DNA of 64,000 nt, taken from NCBI RefSeq assembly GCF_009914755.1, contig NC_060947.1. The stretch is one strand, 5' to 3'. Each line of letters opens with the position of its first letter. Position 1 is the stretch's first letter. Origin of the DNA: the human T2T-CHM13v2.0 reference genome, Homo sapiens. Below the pieces are notes generated by a model. It was not told the origin of the DNA. It did no database searches and saw only the letters and a program-made list of their open reading frames with translations. Made by a program: the position numbers and the translations under genes. Shown in pieces: positions 12,831-35,058 of this stretch.

Positions 12831-15818
12831 CTCTTCCTCTCATAATATACAATTAAAAATGTGAAGTTCTCTGTCTTATCTTTTCTATTACCTTCTCCTC
12901 CCTTTTTCATTTTCTTCCCCTTTTGTCACTCTCTTTTTCCCCTTCCCTTATCAATCCTAAGGCAGCAGGACCATGTTATAACCAGACAATTTCATCTTTA
13001 GAGCAGATTGTCATCATTAATATTATATTTACATAAATAAGACCATAGTCTACATATTGATTTGCAATTTCTTTTTTTTGTTTGTTTTTCATTCAACCAT
13101 ATGCCAATATACCATGGAGGTTACAAAATCTGAATGCACTGTAATTTATTTAAACACTCCCTTATTGATATAAATTTAGGTTATTCCCAAGGATTTTCCC
13201 CCCTCCATTATGATTAATGTTGCAATGAACATCTTTTGGCATTTGTGAGAGCATTTTTTTAGAGGGTGGCATCCTAAAATATAAGCATTCCTGGATCTAA
13301 AGGTAATAGACATTTAAAGTTTTTGATACTGCCAATTTGTCCTATACATGTGTTATACACCCCTCCCCACCCAGTGGTGTATAAGAGTAAATGTGTATCT
13401 ATTTTCTCACAAACTCACCAATACCATTTGTTATTTTCAATTTTTAAAATATTTGTTAATCTTATAGGCACTAAAAATGGTATATCAGTGTTGCTTTGAT
13501 TTGCTTTTCTTTCATTATTAATGAGATTGGGTGTCTTTTCATGTTTCTTTATCAGTTGTCTATTTCTCTTCTGAGTGGTCTACTTTTTGCCCATTTTGGG
13601 GGTGGGTTGGCAGTAAAATATAGTGGACTAAAAGCATGCACTCTGGAGTCAGACTCACCCAAGTCACCAAGTCACCAACACCTTAGCTATTTGGTTCACT
13701 TATCTCCAGATCTCTCATATATAAAATGGGACAGTCATAGAACCTACCCTATTGGATTATTGTGAGGATGAGATGAGAAGAACTTTGAATAATATTAATA
13801 TTAACTCCTTTTCTGTGATATTTGCTGCTTCATCTGGATTAATTTATTAATTCAACAAATGTTTATTGAGTGCCTATAGCATGTCAGGTGTGGTGCTAGG
13901 TAGTGGAGATGCAGTGGCATGTAAATTGGAGAGTATGGGTATAGCATGGTGTATTTAACCATTTTTAAAACTAAAGATTAATTCCAGTTCTTCTAGAAGG
14001 TATTTCAAATGCAGCTGCAATAACCTTGACCTCCAACTCTTTAGCTGGCTAACCATTTGTCACTTTGAAAAGTGAGCTCAAAGGTCATCACTTCTGGGAG
14101 GCCCTTTTAAACCCCCACACTGGATCTTGTTCCCTCTTCTGGGCCCCCACATCTTCTCTCTCAGAATTTATCACACTGTACTACTGGCACCTTGTCTTAT
14201 GTCTTCCTCCCACATCAGACCTTGAGCAACTTGCTGACAGGAATCTGGAACCATTGACTAGGGGGGCTGTCAGAAATGCCTGTTGCATTCAGATGCATTT
14301 CCTCCGTTCTTTCTACTCTGTTCTGCCTGTACCCAGAAAAGGAACTGGAAGAATAAAATCTACTGAGGTTAACAAACCTCTGAGGTGACGTAGAGAAAAA
14401 CTCGAAGTGCCCTAATGGAGGAAAGTGTGTGGGACTTCCCAGGTCATTGGGAAGGATACTTAGGTGGTGCCTCTCTGTACTATTCCTGGTCCAGCTGAGC
14501 CCGTGAGTGTAGGTGGCTGTGGTTGTGCCTGATATCTCCTCTCCTTTAGAGGAAAATGTCTCATTTTCTCTTTGGGTGGTGGTTGTGTGATTCTCACCTT
14601 TTTATGAGGCAATGTAGTCTGGAGGGAGAAGTAAGTTTCAGTCCCATATGCTCATGTAGCGTGTCCAAAGGAAACACTTTCCTGGCCCTTCTCTACATAG
14701 TCCCCTCTCTCTCTCTGCATTGATTTGTTCTGTGTCTTGGCTGACTTCCTACCCATGTGGGAATTCCTCTGGAATCAGAGTCTAGGTCTGATTCATTTCT
14801 GCAACCCCAGTGTCAACCTGACAATAAGTAACTATTCAGACAATGTTTGATTGAATAGACTTCGGTGACTTAGGAGTTTCAACTTTTTACTTTGCAGTTG
14901 CACTGCAGTAGACATCATGGTACTTAAAGTTTTCTCTGCATCTTAGGTTATTTTCTTAGCATAGATTTTCTAAAAGTTTATTTATAAACCATAAAACTCA
15001 CCCATTTTAAATGTGTAATTCAATGATTATTAGTATATTTACAGAACTGTGCAACCATCACCACAAATATTAGTATTGATTTTTAGTAATGGGATTATTC
15101 GACCAAAGGATATGGATCTTTTAAAGATTTTTTCCTACATTTTATCCAATATCTCTGTAAAAGGTTGTCCCAGTTAACGATAGTCTCAACCACTTGTGAT
15201 GAGTGGGGATTAAGGAAGACATACAGGCTTTGTTGGGTTACTTCCTGAAGGGTTGGTCTCACTATCAGCATCTCTCTCCTTCATTAGCTATATCCCTTAC
15301 CCACATTCTGGAATGAAACTCAGAGAGTAGCATGATAGCTATGTCCCAGACGTGCTGTGGTTTCTTCTTCATGTAAGATTGGTCTATAGTTTCCATTTTA
15401 ATTTAAATAACACATCTGTTCTTGTAAGTTTTGGTAATACCAGCCAATATAATTATTTGCCCTAATACCATTTGGTGATGGTAGCTGGGTTGTTCTTAGA
15501 CAGCTTTTCCAATGGTTTCCATGATAATTTGTTTATACGTTTTTTAAAAAACTTCTTCCCATATCAATTTTAGTAATCAATATTTTTCAAAATATCATAG
15601 AGTAATACAGAGAATTCTCTTATCATTTTTGGTTAGGTATAAAATTCCAAAGTCCAGTTTTTCACCCCTCAGAGTGTTATAAATATTATTTCATTGTTTA
15701 ATAACACTTATAATTAGAGCTAAAATGTTCAATGTCAGGCTCATACTCTTCCTTTTATAAGTAATCTATATGCTTAGTAGGAATATCTTCCTATTAGGAG
15801 AATTAAAAAAGGTCCTGG

Positions 15819-16334
15819 TATATTAGTCAGGGTTCTCTAGAGGGACAGAACTAATAGGAGACACACACACACACACACACGTGAGTTTATATATAACTCT
15901 CATATACATACATATATATATTTATGTATATATATACATGTATATATATATGGGAGTTATTAAGTAGTATTAATTCACATGATCACAAGGTCCCACAATA
16001 GGCCAGCTGCAAGCCGAGGAGCAACGAAGCCAGTCTGAGTCCCAAAGCTGAAGAACTTGGAGTCCAATGTTCAAGGGCAGGAAGCATGCAGCATGGGAGA
16101 AGGATGTAGGCTGGGAGGCTAAGCCAGTCTAGCCTTTTCATGTTTTTCTGCCTGCTTTATATTTGCTGGCAGCCAATTAGATGATACCCACCCAGGTTAA
16201 GGGTGGGTTTGCCTTCCCCAGCCCACTTACTCAAATGTTAATCTCCTTTGGGCAACACCCTCACAGACATACCCAAAATCAATACTTTGCATCCTTCAAT
16301 CCAATCAAGTTGACACTCGATATTAACCATCACA
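15819..16334 (-). mobile_element. MLT2A1-like (HERV-L) solo LTR
   Basis: Minus strand begins TGTGATGGTTAATATCGAGTGTCAACTTGATTGGATTGAAGGATGC. Internal (CA)/(TA) microsatellite. Exact 5-bp TSD CCTGG at 15814-15818 and 16335-16339. Confidence 0.88.
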
Positions 16335-16754
16335 CCTGGCATATATCTTAATACAGCTAGTAACTATTTATAGTTTTTGTCTTTTGGTAAAGAAGAATGT
16401 GTTTTCTTTCTCAATCCCCTATTCAGCAGGCAGAGAAAGCAATATGAGCAAAAGGAAAAAAGTTTAAAAGTCCCTAAGGTATTTCAGGAAACACTACAGA
16501 GCACAGATGATATTTTAAATGGGTTATGAAGCATGAGTTTACTGGATAAAGCACAGGGAAAGGGGCAATCCAGGCAGAGGGTACAATATCAACAAAATCA
16601 GGGAGGTCTTAAGATGTTTACTGCATTTCAGGAACAGTGAGTTTTGTAGATGTTGAGGGAGGAGGAAGAGTCTGGAATTACTTGCTCCGTCACTTTATGG
16701 AAGATGAGATCTCATCCTGGTACTTGGTTCTTCTAAATGTTACTGCAAGAATGA

Positions 16755-19200
<2,446 letters not shown>

Positions 19201-19677
19201 AGAAAAACTGCAAGATGAAAACTGTCAACAAATTCCATCCACATCCTCCCCTATCCCCAGCAAATCCCTCCCTGCCCCACCACCCAAGAAAACCTGGAAA
19301 GAAAAAAGCTTATCCAATTCTGCTCTCTACCCATATAATTCACATATTCATAATATGTAAAAAAAATTTTGCCTTTCCCCATTTAATAAATGATGCGTGA
19401 TATTTACTTTATGCCTAAAAAAGCATCATTTGTCAATAAAGAAATTTTTAAAGCACCCATCCTATATGAGTTGGCAGCTGATTAGGTTAAACTGGCTGGA
19501 TTAAAAACATCACTGGACTCAACAAGTTATAAAATGTGAATATGTTCGTTATATTTACTCTCAATAAAATGATAGGCTCAACACTGTTAGACCTAGCATA
19601 TATTTACTGAGATACTATGTTTTTGGAAATAATCAAATTGTCAACTTACACTTGTTGATAACTTTTAAATGGGGAAG

Positions 19678-19798
19678 TTTAAATAGGGACTTGTATGAAT
19701 GGCACATGAGGGTTTAGCTGTCTCTTACTTTCAATCAGTGAAATTGACCTATCCTTGAAGAGGCAGGTATAAATAAATAAGATGATGGAGTTGAATTT
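19678..19798 (+). pseudogene. NUMT: fragment of mitochondrial 16S rRNA (MT-RNR2) spanning the humanin-coding segment
   Basis: aaatagggacttgtatgaatggc..gagggtttagctgtctcttactttcaatcagtgaaattgacct..tgaagaggc matches the conserved mt-16S block. Confidence 0.9.
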
Positions 19799-19974
19799 TC
19801 TGAAGTTTTTGTAATTTCATAATTTACTAGGTATGATGCTTCAAATGCATTTAGATCCAATATTAGATATTTAATATTCTTATATTTAGTATTTTAAAAT
19901 TAGATATTTTATGGTTAGAAGTTTGTTGTACTAGTTCATGTGTGAGTTGATGGTAACCTGGAATAAGGAGGTAG

Positions 19975-20425
19975 CACTGACGTCAAATAAAATATAGAGA
20001 CAAATCTCTGAGATTAAAACTTTTAATTTGGGAAGAAAGAATTGCAATTTGGAGTATACAGGCAGACCAGGTGTTCTTCAGTATGTCCAAAGAACAAAGA
20101 GAAATTTAGAGGTTTTATTTAAAAATAGAAATACTACACATTGCTCTTTGAGACAGTACATTGGCACTAGTAAGATTTTTGGGGAGGTGGCAAGCTCTTA
20201 TTGTTGAGTGGTCGTAGTAGGTAAAAGTTGCAGCAGGCTGTTTCAGTAGCCATGAGATAAAACTGCTTTCAGGTTACAGCACGCAGTTTCAGCAGCCAGG
20301 CTTGCAGAGAATTATATTTTTGGAGCAATGTTATGTGCCCTGAGTGATTTTCCCCCCCTGGCTTCTTGACTCTGTTTTAGTTGGGTATGACAAGAATGAC
20401 CCAATTCATATAATCAGCTTTCACA
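19975..20425 (-). mobile_element. ERV1-class solo LTR (MER-type; family not resolved)
   Basis: ~450 bp. Minus strand starts TGTGAAAGCTGATTATATGAATTGGGTCATTCTTGTCATACCCAAC. Flanked by GTAG at 19971-19974 and 20426-20429. Confidence 0.7.
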
Positions 20426-20469
20426 GTAGCGATGAAGATGGACAGAAGTGAATGGAACTGAGATATATT

Positions 20470-21960
20470 TAAAAGTAATGTCTGCAGCATTAGTCAAAAT
20501 AGCCAAAAGGTGGAAACAACCCAAATGTCCATTGAAGGATAAATGGATAAACAAAATGTGGTATATACATACCAAAGAATACTGTTCAGCCTTGAAAAGG
20601 AAGAAAATTCTTTTTTTTTTTTTTTTAAACCACAGGCCTCCAGATTGGGCCACTAAAATTACTAGTTTATTTAGTGAAGAAACCCTAATGGTATTTTTTT
20701 AACCCTGAAAACAAGCATTTCCAGTTCTTTGCTGATGCCACATTTTTCTGAGATGAATGTTATTGTTACATGCTACTGTTACTATTTATGGTGCCCGGAG
20801 CAGTGTGGATTCTTTGCAAATATTATTATCTTGTCGATTTCTCATGGGATTTTGCAAATACTGCTTTTCCAGAAGAGGAAACCTGGTCTTAGAGAACTGA
20901 GTCACTGCCTAAGGTCACATAGACAGTGTGGGCCAGGCTGGGATTCAGCCCGGGGCTGGCCCATGTCCTTGTTCTTTTCAATAGCTTCTTCACTGTCACT
21001 TGCTTATTGCTTTCCATTTGCCAATGGACCATGCTTTATGACGTAGGAATTTGTGTTTTTGTTTAAAAGCATCAGGAAAATAATAAAAAAATTGAAAATA
21101 TAGCTTAAGTATATTACGTATTAAACAAAACACCACTACTGTCAATTCACTTAAAGGAACTCAATATTTTCTTTTTTTTTTTTTGAAGAGATCATAAACC
21201 AGAGGCGGATTTTAATCTATTTTTAAAATTTTGGATCAGGATATGTCTACTTTAGCTACTTCTCTCTTTTTTTTAATTATTATTATACTTTAAGTTCTAG
21301 GGTACATGTGCACAACGTGCAACTTTGTTACATATGTATACATGTGCCATGTTGGTGTGCTGCACCATTAACTCGTCATTTACATTAGGAATATCTCCTA
21401 ATGCTATTCCTCCCCCCTCCCCCACCCCACGACAGGCCCCGGGGTGTGATGTTCCCCACCCTGTGTCCAAGTGTTCTCATTGTTCAATCCCCACCTATGA
21501 GTGAGAACATGCAGTCTTTGGTTTTCTGTCCTTGTGATAGTTTGCTCAGAATGATGGTTTCCAGCTTCATCCATGTCCCTACAAAGGGCATGAACTCATC
21601 CAAAAAGGAAGAAAATTCTGACACATGCTACAACATGGATGAATCTTAAAAGCATTATGCTATGTGAAATAAGCCAGTCACAAAGGATGAACATTGTATG
21701 ATTCCACTTACATAAGTTAGGTACTTAGAGCAATCAGATTCATAGAGATAGAAAGAATGGTGGTTGTCAGGGGCGGGGCGGTGGGGAGAATGGAAGTTAC
21801 TGTTTAAGGATACAGAGTTTCCATTTGGGAAGATGAAAAAGTTCTAGAGATAGATGATTATGATAGTTGTACAACAATGTGATTGTTCTTAACCACTCAA
21901 CTAACTATATTTAAATATGGTAAATTTTATGTTAAGTATATTTTACCATGACTAAAAAGA
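20470..21960 (+). mobile_element. Old L1M(B-like) 3' end, split by a younger insertion at 20612-21602
   Basis: L1M 3' text (aaacaacccaaatgtcc...aaaaggaagaaaattct) stops at 20611 and resumes at 21603 (aaaaggaagaaaattctgacacatgctacaacatggatgaa). Confidence 0.8.
20612..21602 (-). mobile_element. Truncated L1PA (21267-21601) with ~640-bp 3' transduction and terminal poly(A)
   Basis: Exact 17-bp TSD aaaaggaagaaaattct at 20595-20611 and 21603-21619 encloses a T16 tract, non-L1 DNA and an L1PA 3' end. Confidence 0.88.
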
Positions 21961-22190
21961 ATAATCAACAAAACCTATATAAAATGCTGTAAGGTTTGCT
22001 TGCGTTCTTCCCCCAAATCTGAACCTGATCTCTGATAGGTCTGACCTTCTATAGTACTTTAGCTGTATCTATTTAACTACCTTTAGTTTCTACATTGTGA
22101 AATGGTATTTAATGCTATTTACCTATTCAGACTGGCAGCATCTCTGGTAGAACTTAATCTCCCATACAGTGTTACACTTAGCATTAGTAG

Positions 22191-22506
<316 letters not shown>

Positions 22507-22599
22507 TCAATAATTCTTATTGAAATACAAAGGCTAAAAATACTGGTTTATTTTTATAATTTCCAATTTTTTCCTAATAATATACAAGTTAAAAGGTTA

Positions 22600-23004
22600 A
22601 GCTGGTATTTTATTTCTTTGTTTCGTTGTTGTTGTTGCTGTTGTTTGACAGTTGGCAGAGCTAGCTGAGGTTTTATTTTGGAAAAAACCCAACTGAATTG
22701 TTTTGTAGCTGAAGGCATGGGCAAGGCAAGTACCCCAGGCAGTAAACTGCCCCTACATGTGGGCTGAGGGCTAGGGCTGAGCCTCTGGTGGGTCTCCTGT
22801 CCCCTATGCTCCCCCACACAGTGGTCTCCCCCACAGGCTCTGGGGCAGCCACAGTAGGGGTAGGCTGGGAGCGGCTGCCGTGGCGGTTCACATCGGCAGG
22901 ACATCAGAGGACTCAGACACCAGCTTCCCATCACGGGTTTCAATCTTCTTCACAACCATGGCCCTGGAGGAGCAGGTGCAGCTGAAGGAGCTCAGACCCG
23001 GCAG
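22600..23004 (-). pseudogene. 5'-truncated processed pseudogene of keratin 8 (C-terminal tail + 3' UTR + decayed A-tail)
   Basis: Minus strand encodes SSFSCTCSSRAMVVKKIE/RDGKLVSESSDVLPM* (KRT8 ends RAVVVKKIETRDGKLVSESSDVLPK*) with a frameshift. Stop at 22888-22890, AATAAA at 22672-22677, (CAA)n tail. Confidence 0.9.
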
Positions 23005-23534
23005 CAAAATTGGCATAGAAGGGATGTAACTTAAGGTAATAAAAGCCATCTATGATAGATCCACAGCCAACATTATACTGAATGGGGAAAAGTTGAAAAC
23101 ATTACCCTGAGAACTGGAACAAGACAAGGATGCCCACTTTCGCCACTTCTATTCAACATAGTACTGGAAGTCCTAGCCAGAGCAATCAAATAAGAAAAAG
23201 AAATAAACGGCATCAAAATCAGTAAAGAGGACATCAAACAGTCACTGTTTGCTGATGATATGATCCTATACCTAGAAAACCCTACTAACTCCTCCAAAAA
23301 TCTCCTAGGATTGATAAATGAATTCAGCAAAGTTTCAGGATACAAAATTAATGTACACAAATCAGTAGCTCTGCTATACACCAACAGCGACCAAGCTGAG
23401 AATCAAATCAAGAATGCAACCCCTTTTACAACAGTTGCAAAAAATAAAATAAAATAATTAGGAATATACCTAATCAAGAAGGTAAAATACCTCTACAAGG
23501 AAAACTATAAAACACTGCTGAAAGAAATCATAGA

Positions 23535-23853
<319 letters not shown>

Positions 23854-24810
23854 TTATGAATGGGTAGAATCAATATTGTGAAAATTTCCATACTGCCAAA
23901 TGCAATCTACAAATTTAATGCAATTCCCATAAAAATACCATCATCATTCTTCACAGAACTAGAAAAAACAATCCTAAAATTCATATGGAACAAAAAGGAG
24001 TCCACATAGCCAAGGCAAGATTAAGCAAAAAGAACAAATCTGGAAGCATTATATTACCTGACTTCAAACTATCCTATAAGGCCATGGTCATCAAAACATG
24101 GTACTGGTATAAAAATAGGCATATATATCAATGGAACAGAACAGAGAACCCAGAAATAAAGCCAAATACTTAGAGTCAACTGACCTTTAACAAAGCAAAC
24201 AAAAACATAAAGTAGGGAAAGGACATCCTATTCAATAAATGTTGCTGGAATAATTGGCGAGCCACATGTAGGAGAATAAAACTGGGTCCTCATCTCTCAC
24301 GTTATACAAAAATCAACTCAAGATAGGACTTAAATCTAAGACCTGAAACCATAAAAATTGTACAAGATAACATGAGGAAAACTCTTCTAGACATTGGCTT
24401 AGGCAAAGACTTCATGACCAAGTGCCCAAAAGCAAACATGACAAAAACAAAGATAAATAGATGCAACTTAATTAAACTAAAAAGTTTCTGCTCAGCAAAG
24501 GAAATAATCAGCAGAGTAAATAGACAATCCACAGAGTGGGAGAAAATCTTCACAATCTACACATTCGACAAAGGACTAATATCCAGAATCTACAGGGTCC
24601 TCAAACAAATCAGCAAGAAAAAAAAAAATCCCATCCGAAAGTATTGTCCATAAATAGAAAGTTCTCAAAAGAAGATATATAAATGGCCAACAAACATATG
24701 AAGAAATGCTCAACATCACTAATTATCAGATAAATGCAAATCAAAACCACAATGTGATACCACCTTACTCCTGCAGAATGGCCATAATTTTAAAAATCAA
24801 AAAATAATAG

Positions 24811-25254
<444 letters not shown>

Positions 25255-25849
25255 TCAAATGAAAAAAAAAAGTCATTATATGAAAAGGACACTTGCACAT
25301 GAATGTTTATAGCAGCACAATCACAAAAGCAAAACTGTGGAACCAGCCTAAATGCTCACCGTCCAATGAGTGGATAAAGAAAATGTGGTGTATACACACC
25401 ATGGAATACTACTCAGCCATAAAAAGGAATGAGATAATGGCATTCACAGCAACCATTATTCTAAGTAAAGTAACTCAGGAATGGAAAACCAAATATTGTA
25501 TGTTCTCACTTATAAGTGGGATCTAAGCTATGAGGATGCAAAGGCATAAGAATGATACAATGGACTTTGGGGACTTGGGGGGAAGGGTGGATGGGGTGAG
25601 GGATAAAAGACTACACATTGAGTACAGCGTACACTGCTTGGGTGATGCATGCACCATAATCTCAGAAATCACCACTAAGGAACTTATCCATGTAATGAAA
25701 CATCACCTATTCCCCAAAAACCTATTAAAATAAAAAAAAAAAGTTCTGGTGTAACAAGGAGTAAGAATTGGAGGTAAACAGACCAGTGAAGAGATTAGTC
25801 CAGGCAAGACACCAGGCTTGAATTAGGAGGAATCAATAGTCATAGTATC

Positions 25850-26646
25850 TACTACAATGACTTCTGTCATGAATTTTCTGGTGATTAATAAGGTTGTCCT
25901 GGTTAAGGCTTGTCATATGCATGACATTCATAAAGTTTTTCTCTGCTATAGATTGCTGATGCATAATCAGGCCTGAGGCCTAAATTAAGGCCCTGATGCA
26001 TAGATGACACTCAAAGGGCTTCTCTCTACTGTGAATAATCTTGAAGTTTACACAGTTTGAGCTCCAAGTAAAAGTTTTTCCCATAGACACTATATCCCTA
26101 GGATTTGTCTCTACTATTGATTCTTTTATGTTTAGAGCTCCTGATGATTATCCTTGCATATTCACTGCATTTATAGGACTTTTTCCTACTGTGAATTCTC
26201 TGGCGGAGAATAAGAATTGAATTCTGCCTAAAAGCTTTTAAACACTAGTTATACTTTTAATGTATTTCCTTAAGACTAATTATCTGACTACCTAAAAAAT
26301 TCAGAGTTCGGTATGATGATAAAATTTTGTGAATTTCTACTCCAGACTCTCTAGCCGATAGCTGCTCTCCTTTGGGTCATAAGGCTTCAGTTCTTCTCGT
26401 GGATATTATTTCAGGAACTCTCCCCCAGGAAGAACTGGCTGTTCAGTGACAGAACCAAAACAGTTTTCTTGGAAGGAAACACATATCACGCTATGTTCAA
26501 CCTAGCACTCTGACTTGCCTTAATACTCAGAAGTTGTTCCAGAGTTGGGGGCCTAAGGAATGACCCTGCTTGTAACATCTCTAGACATTTTTCTATGACT
26601 AACATGTCTTGCTTTGGAATAGAATTCTTGCTGTCAGTCTTATCAT
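25850..26646 (-). pseudogene. Decayed Krueppel-type C2H2 zinc-finger exon (~5 degenerate fingers)
   Basis: Minus-strand translation gives CLKAFRQNSILILRQRIHSRKKSYKCSEY..., KTFTWSSNCVNFKIIHSREKPFECHLCIRALI*ASGLIMHQQ..., SREKLYECHAY...NLINHQKIH with stops and frameshifts. Preceded by a T-rich CAG acceptor at 26647-26660. Confidence 0.75.
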
Positions 26647-27197
26647 CTGAAAAAAAAATAGGTATATGTGGTAATTGGCTTTGGCATGCTGAGCCCTCTT
26701 AAAACCCATCCCTAGCCATACAGGAGAATTTGCAGGAAAAATTTAGACAGGACCTTCTGAGAACTCAGAAATAGGTTCCTAGGAACCTAAGAGGATGGAA
26801 ATCCTCAGATACAGGAACACATGTATGGAGGCTGAAGATAGAGGCCCAAGTCTGAGACATCTAAGCAGTGTCACCTCCAGAAAACCCTGTAAATTTTGCT
26901 AAGCCACAGCTAGCTAACCAGTACCCCCACTGTTTGAAAACAAGAAACAGAAAAACACTACATGTTCCTTTCAATATACATTCCTTCAACAAGTATTTGT
27001 GGAATGGCTGCTACGTTGCACGGTCTATTTTAGGTTACTGGGGATACAAAGAAGTCAAATAACATAAGAAGTCTGTCCTTGAAGGGCTCAAGGTCTTGTA
27101 GGAGAAACAGGCACATAAACAGGAAATCATAGAGGCACGGAGGAGAAACATCTGCCACTATCACAAGAGAGCAACTTAAGGAAGATTTCTGGAATAG

Positions 27198-27539
<342 letters not shown>

Positions 27540-28003
27540 TGAATTGAGTCTTAAAGGACAAGCAAGAGTTAGTAAGCTAGACCAAAACAACAACAACAAA
27601 GATGGATTCTGTGAACCTATGGATTATATAAGGGAAAAAAGAGAGGGATTGGAGAAGATAATTCTAGCCAGAGAAAAGAATGTAAAGACCAGGAAGAAAG
27701 CAAGCATAGGTGGACTAAAGGAAGCTTACAGAAAAGTGTGAACAGGTAAGACACAGGACATAAGCAGAAGACAGTTTATGACCAACTTTATAGATCTTGT
27801 AAAATACTTTGTTGTTGTTCCTGGCAACGTTGAGGAGCCACTGAAGGAGTCTAAACAGCAGAGTGACATGGCCATATTTCTGGGATAGAAAGATCATGCC
27901 AACATCCAGTGGGGAGGATGCAGATGATGAAGCCTGAACTGCAACAATGGCCTTGGAGACACAGAAAAGGAATTCATAAAGAGAATTGAAATTAAATGAA
28001 CAG

Positions 28004-28051
28004 AATATTTGCTAGTTGCTTCCTATGTGTCAGACAGTATAACTTTTGCAG
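28004..28051 (-). mobile_element. MIR 3' end (apparent continuation of the MIR at 16755-16932)
   Basis: Minus strand ctgcaaaagttatactgtctgacacataggaagcaactagcaaatatt resembles the MIR terminus (…acagtgcctggcacatagtaagcgctcaataaatgtt). Confidence 0.55.
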
Positions 28052-28059
28052 AGATTCAC

Positions 28060-34065
<6,006 letters not shown>

Positions 34066-34223
34066 ACAGTTTTCTTCTGAGATGTTTTTTGCTTATTGAT
34101 TATTAGTAGTTATTTTAAAACTTCCTAATTTTTATCTTTTGTACTTCTACAATGTGGCAAATATTTTTGAGGTTGTTGTTTGCATTTTACATATGTTTAT
34201 GTTCTTTAAAATCTCTGTTAAAT

Positions 34224-34665
34224 AGCAAAGACATGGAATCAACCCAAATGCCCATCAGTGATAGACTGGATAAAGAAAATATCATACATATACACCATGG
34301 AATTCTATGCAGCCATAAAAAGGAATGAGATCATGTCCTTTGCAGGAACACAAGTGAAGCTGGAAGCCATCATCCTCAGCAAACTAACACAGGAACAAAA
34401 AACCAAGCACCGCATGTTCTCACTCATAAGTGGGCACTGAACAATGAGAACACATGGACACAGGGAGGGGAACAACACACACTGGGGCCTGTCAAGGGGG
34501 CGAGGGGAGGGAGAGCATCAGAATAAATAGCTAATGCATGCAGGGCTTAATACCCAGGTGATGGGTTAATAGGTGCAGCAAACCACCATGGCACCCATTT
34601 ACCTATGTGACAAACTTGCACATCCTGCACATGTATCCTGGAACTTAAAATAAAATTTTAAAAAA
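34224..34665 (+). mobile_element. Older L1PA 3' fragment
   Basis: L1 3' UTR text (ORF 34258..34440) and A-rich end. Confidence 0.88.
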
Positions 34666-35058
34666 CTCTATTGAAATGTAGCACATATACAGAGAGGTGC
34701 ATAAGTCATACATGTACAGTTCAATATATATTTTCACAATTTCAGTATACTTGTATAATCAGCATACAGAGGAAATAACAACATGGTCACCATCCCAGGA
34801 ATTCTTCCCATGTCCATTTTAAATTATTACCCTGTCCCCTATCCTGACATATTTTTTCTACATTCCAATGCATTGATTCTGCAAAAACAATACATCTATT
34901 TCTTATTTTTTCACAGTAAAATTTTATACTACAAACCTCATATACTTACTTGAAAGATGTTCCAAGAATAAGCAGAATGAGATTAATAAAACCCAAATTG
35001 ACTAAATGGGTTCTCACAATATAAGCTGGCATAAAAATAAATAAATTTATCTATTTTC

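Noticed and set aside
19201-19445. 3' transduction behind the L1 at 17.7-19.2 kb (AATAAA at ~19385 and ~19435)
   Set aside because: No terminal poly(A) or matching TSD follows. The missing TSD is better explained by the swapped-TSD inversion.
19503-19513. aaaaacatcac as an extension of the 16S NUMT
   Set aside because: Only an 11-nt match; the spacing and intervening sequence do not fit mt-16S.
19678-19798. Calling this NUMT MTRNR2L10 or a functional rRNA/humanin gene
   Set aside because: It is only ~120 bp with a broken humanin frame, and I cannot tie it to a named locus from sequence alone.
26870-26960. Minus-strand acceptor-like site as a KRAB-B exon of the ZNF relic
   Set aside because: No recognisable KRAB residues in any frame by eye.
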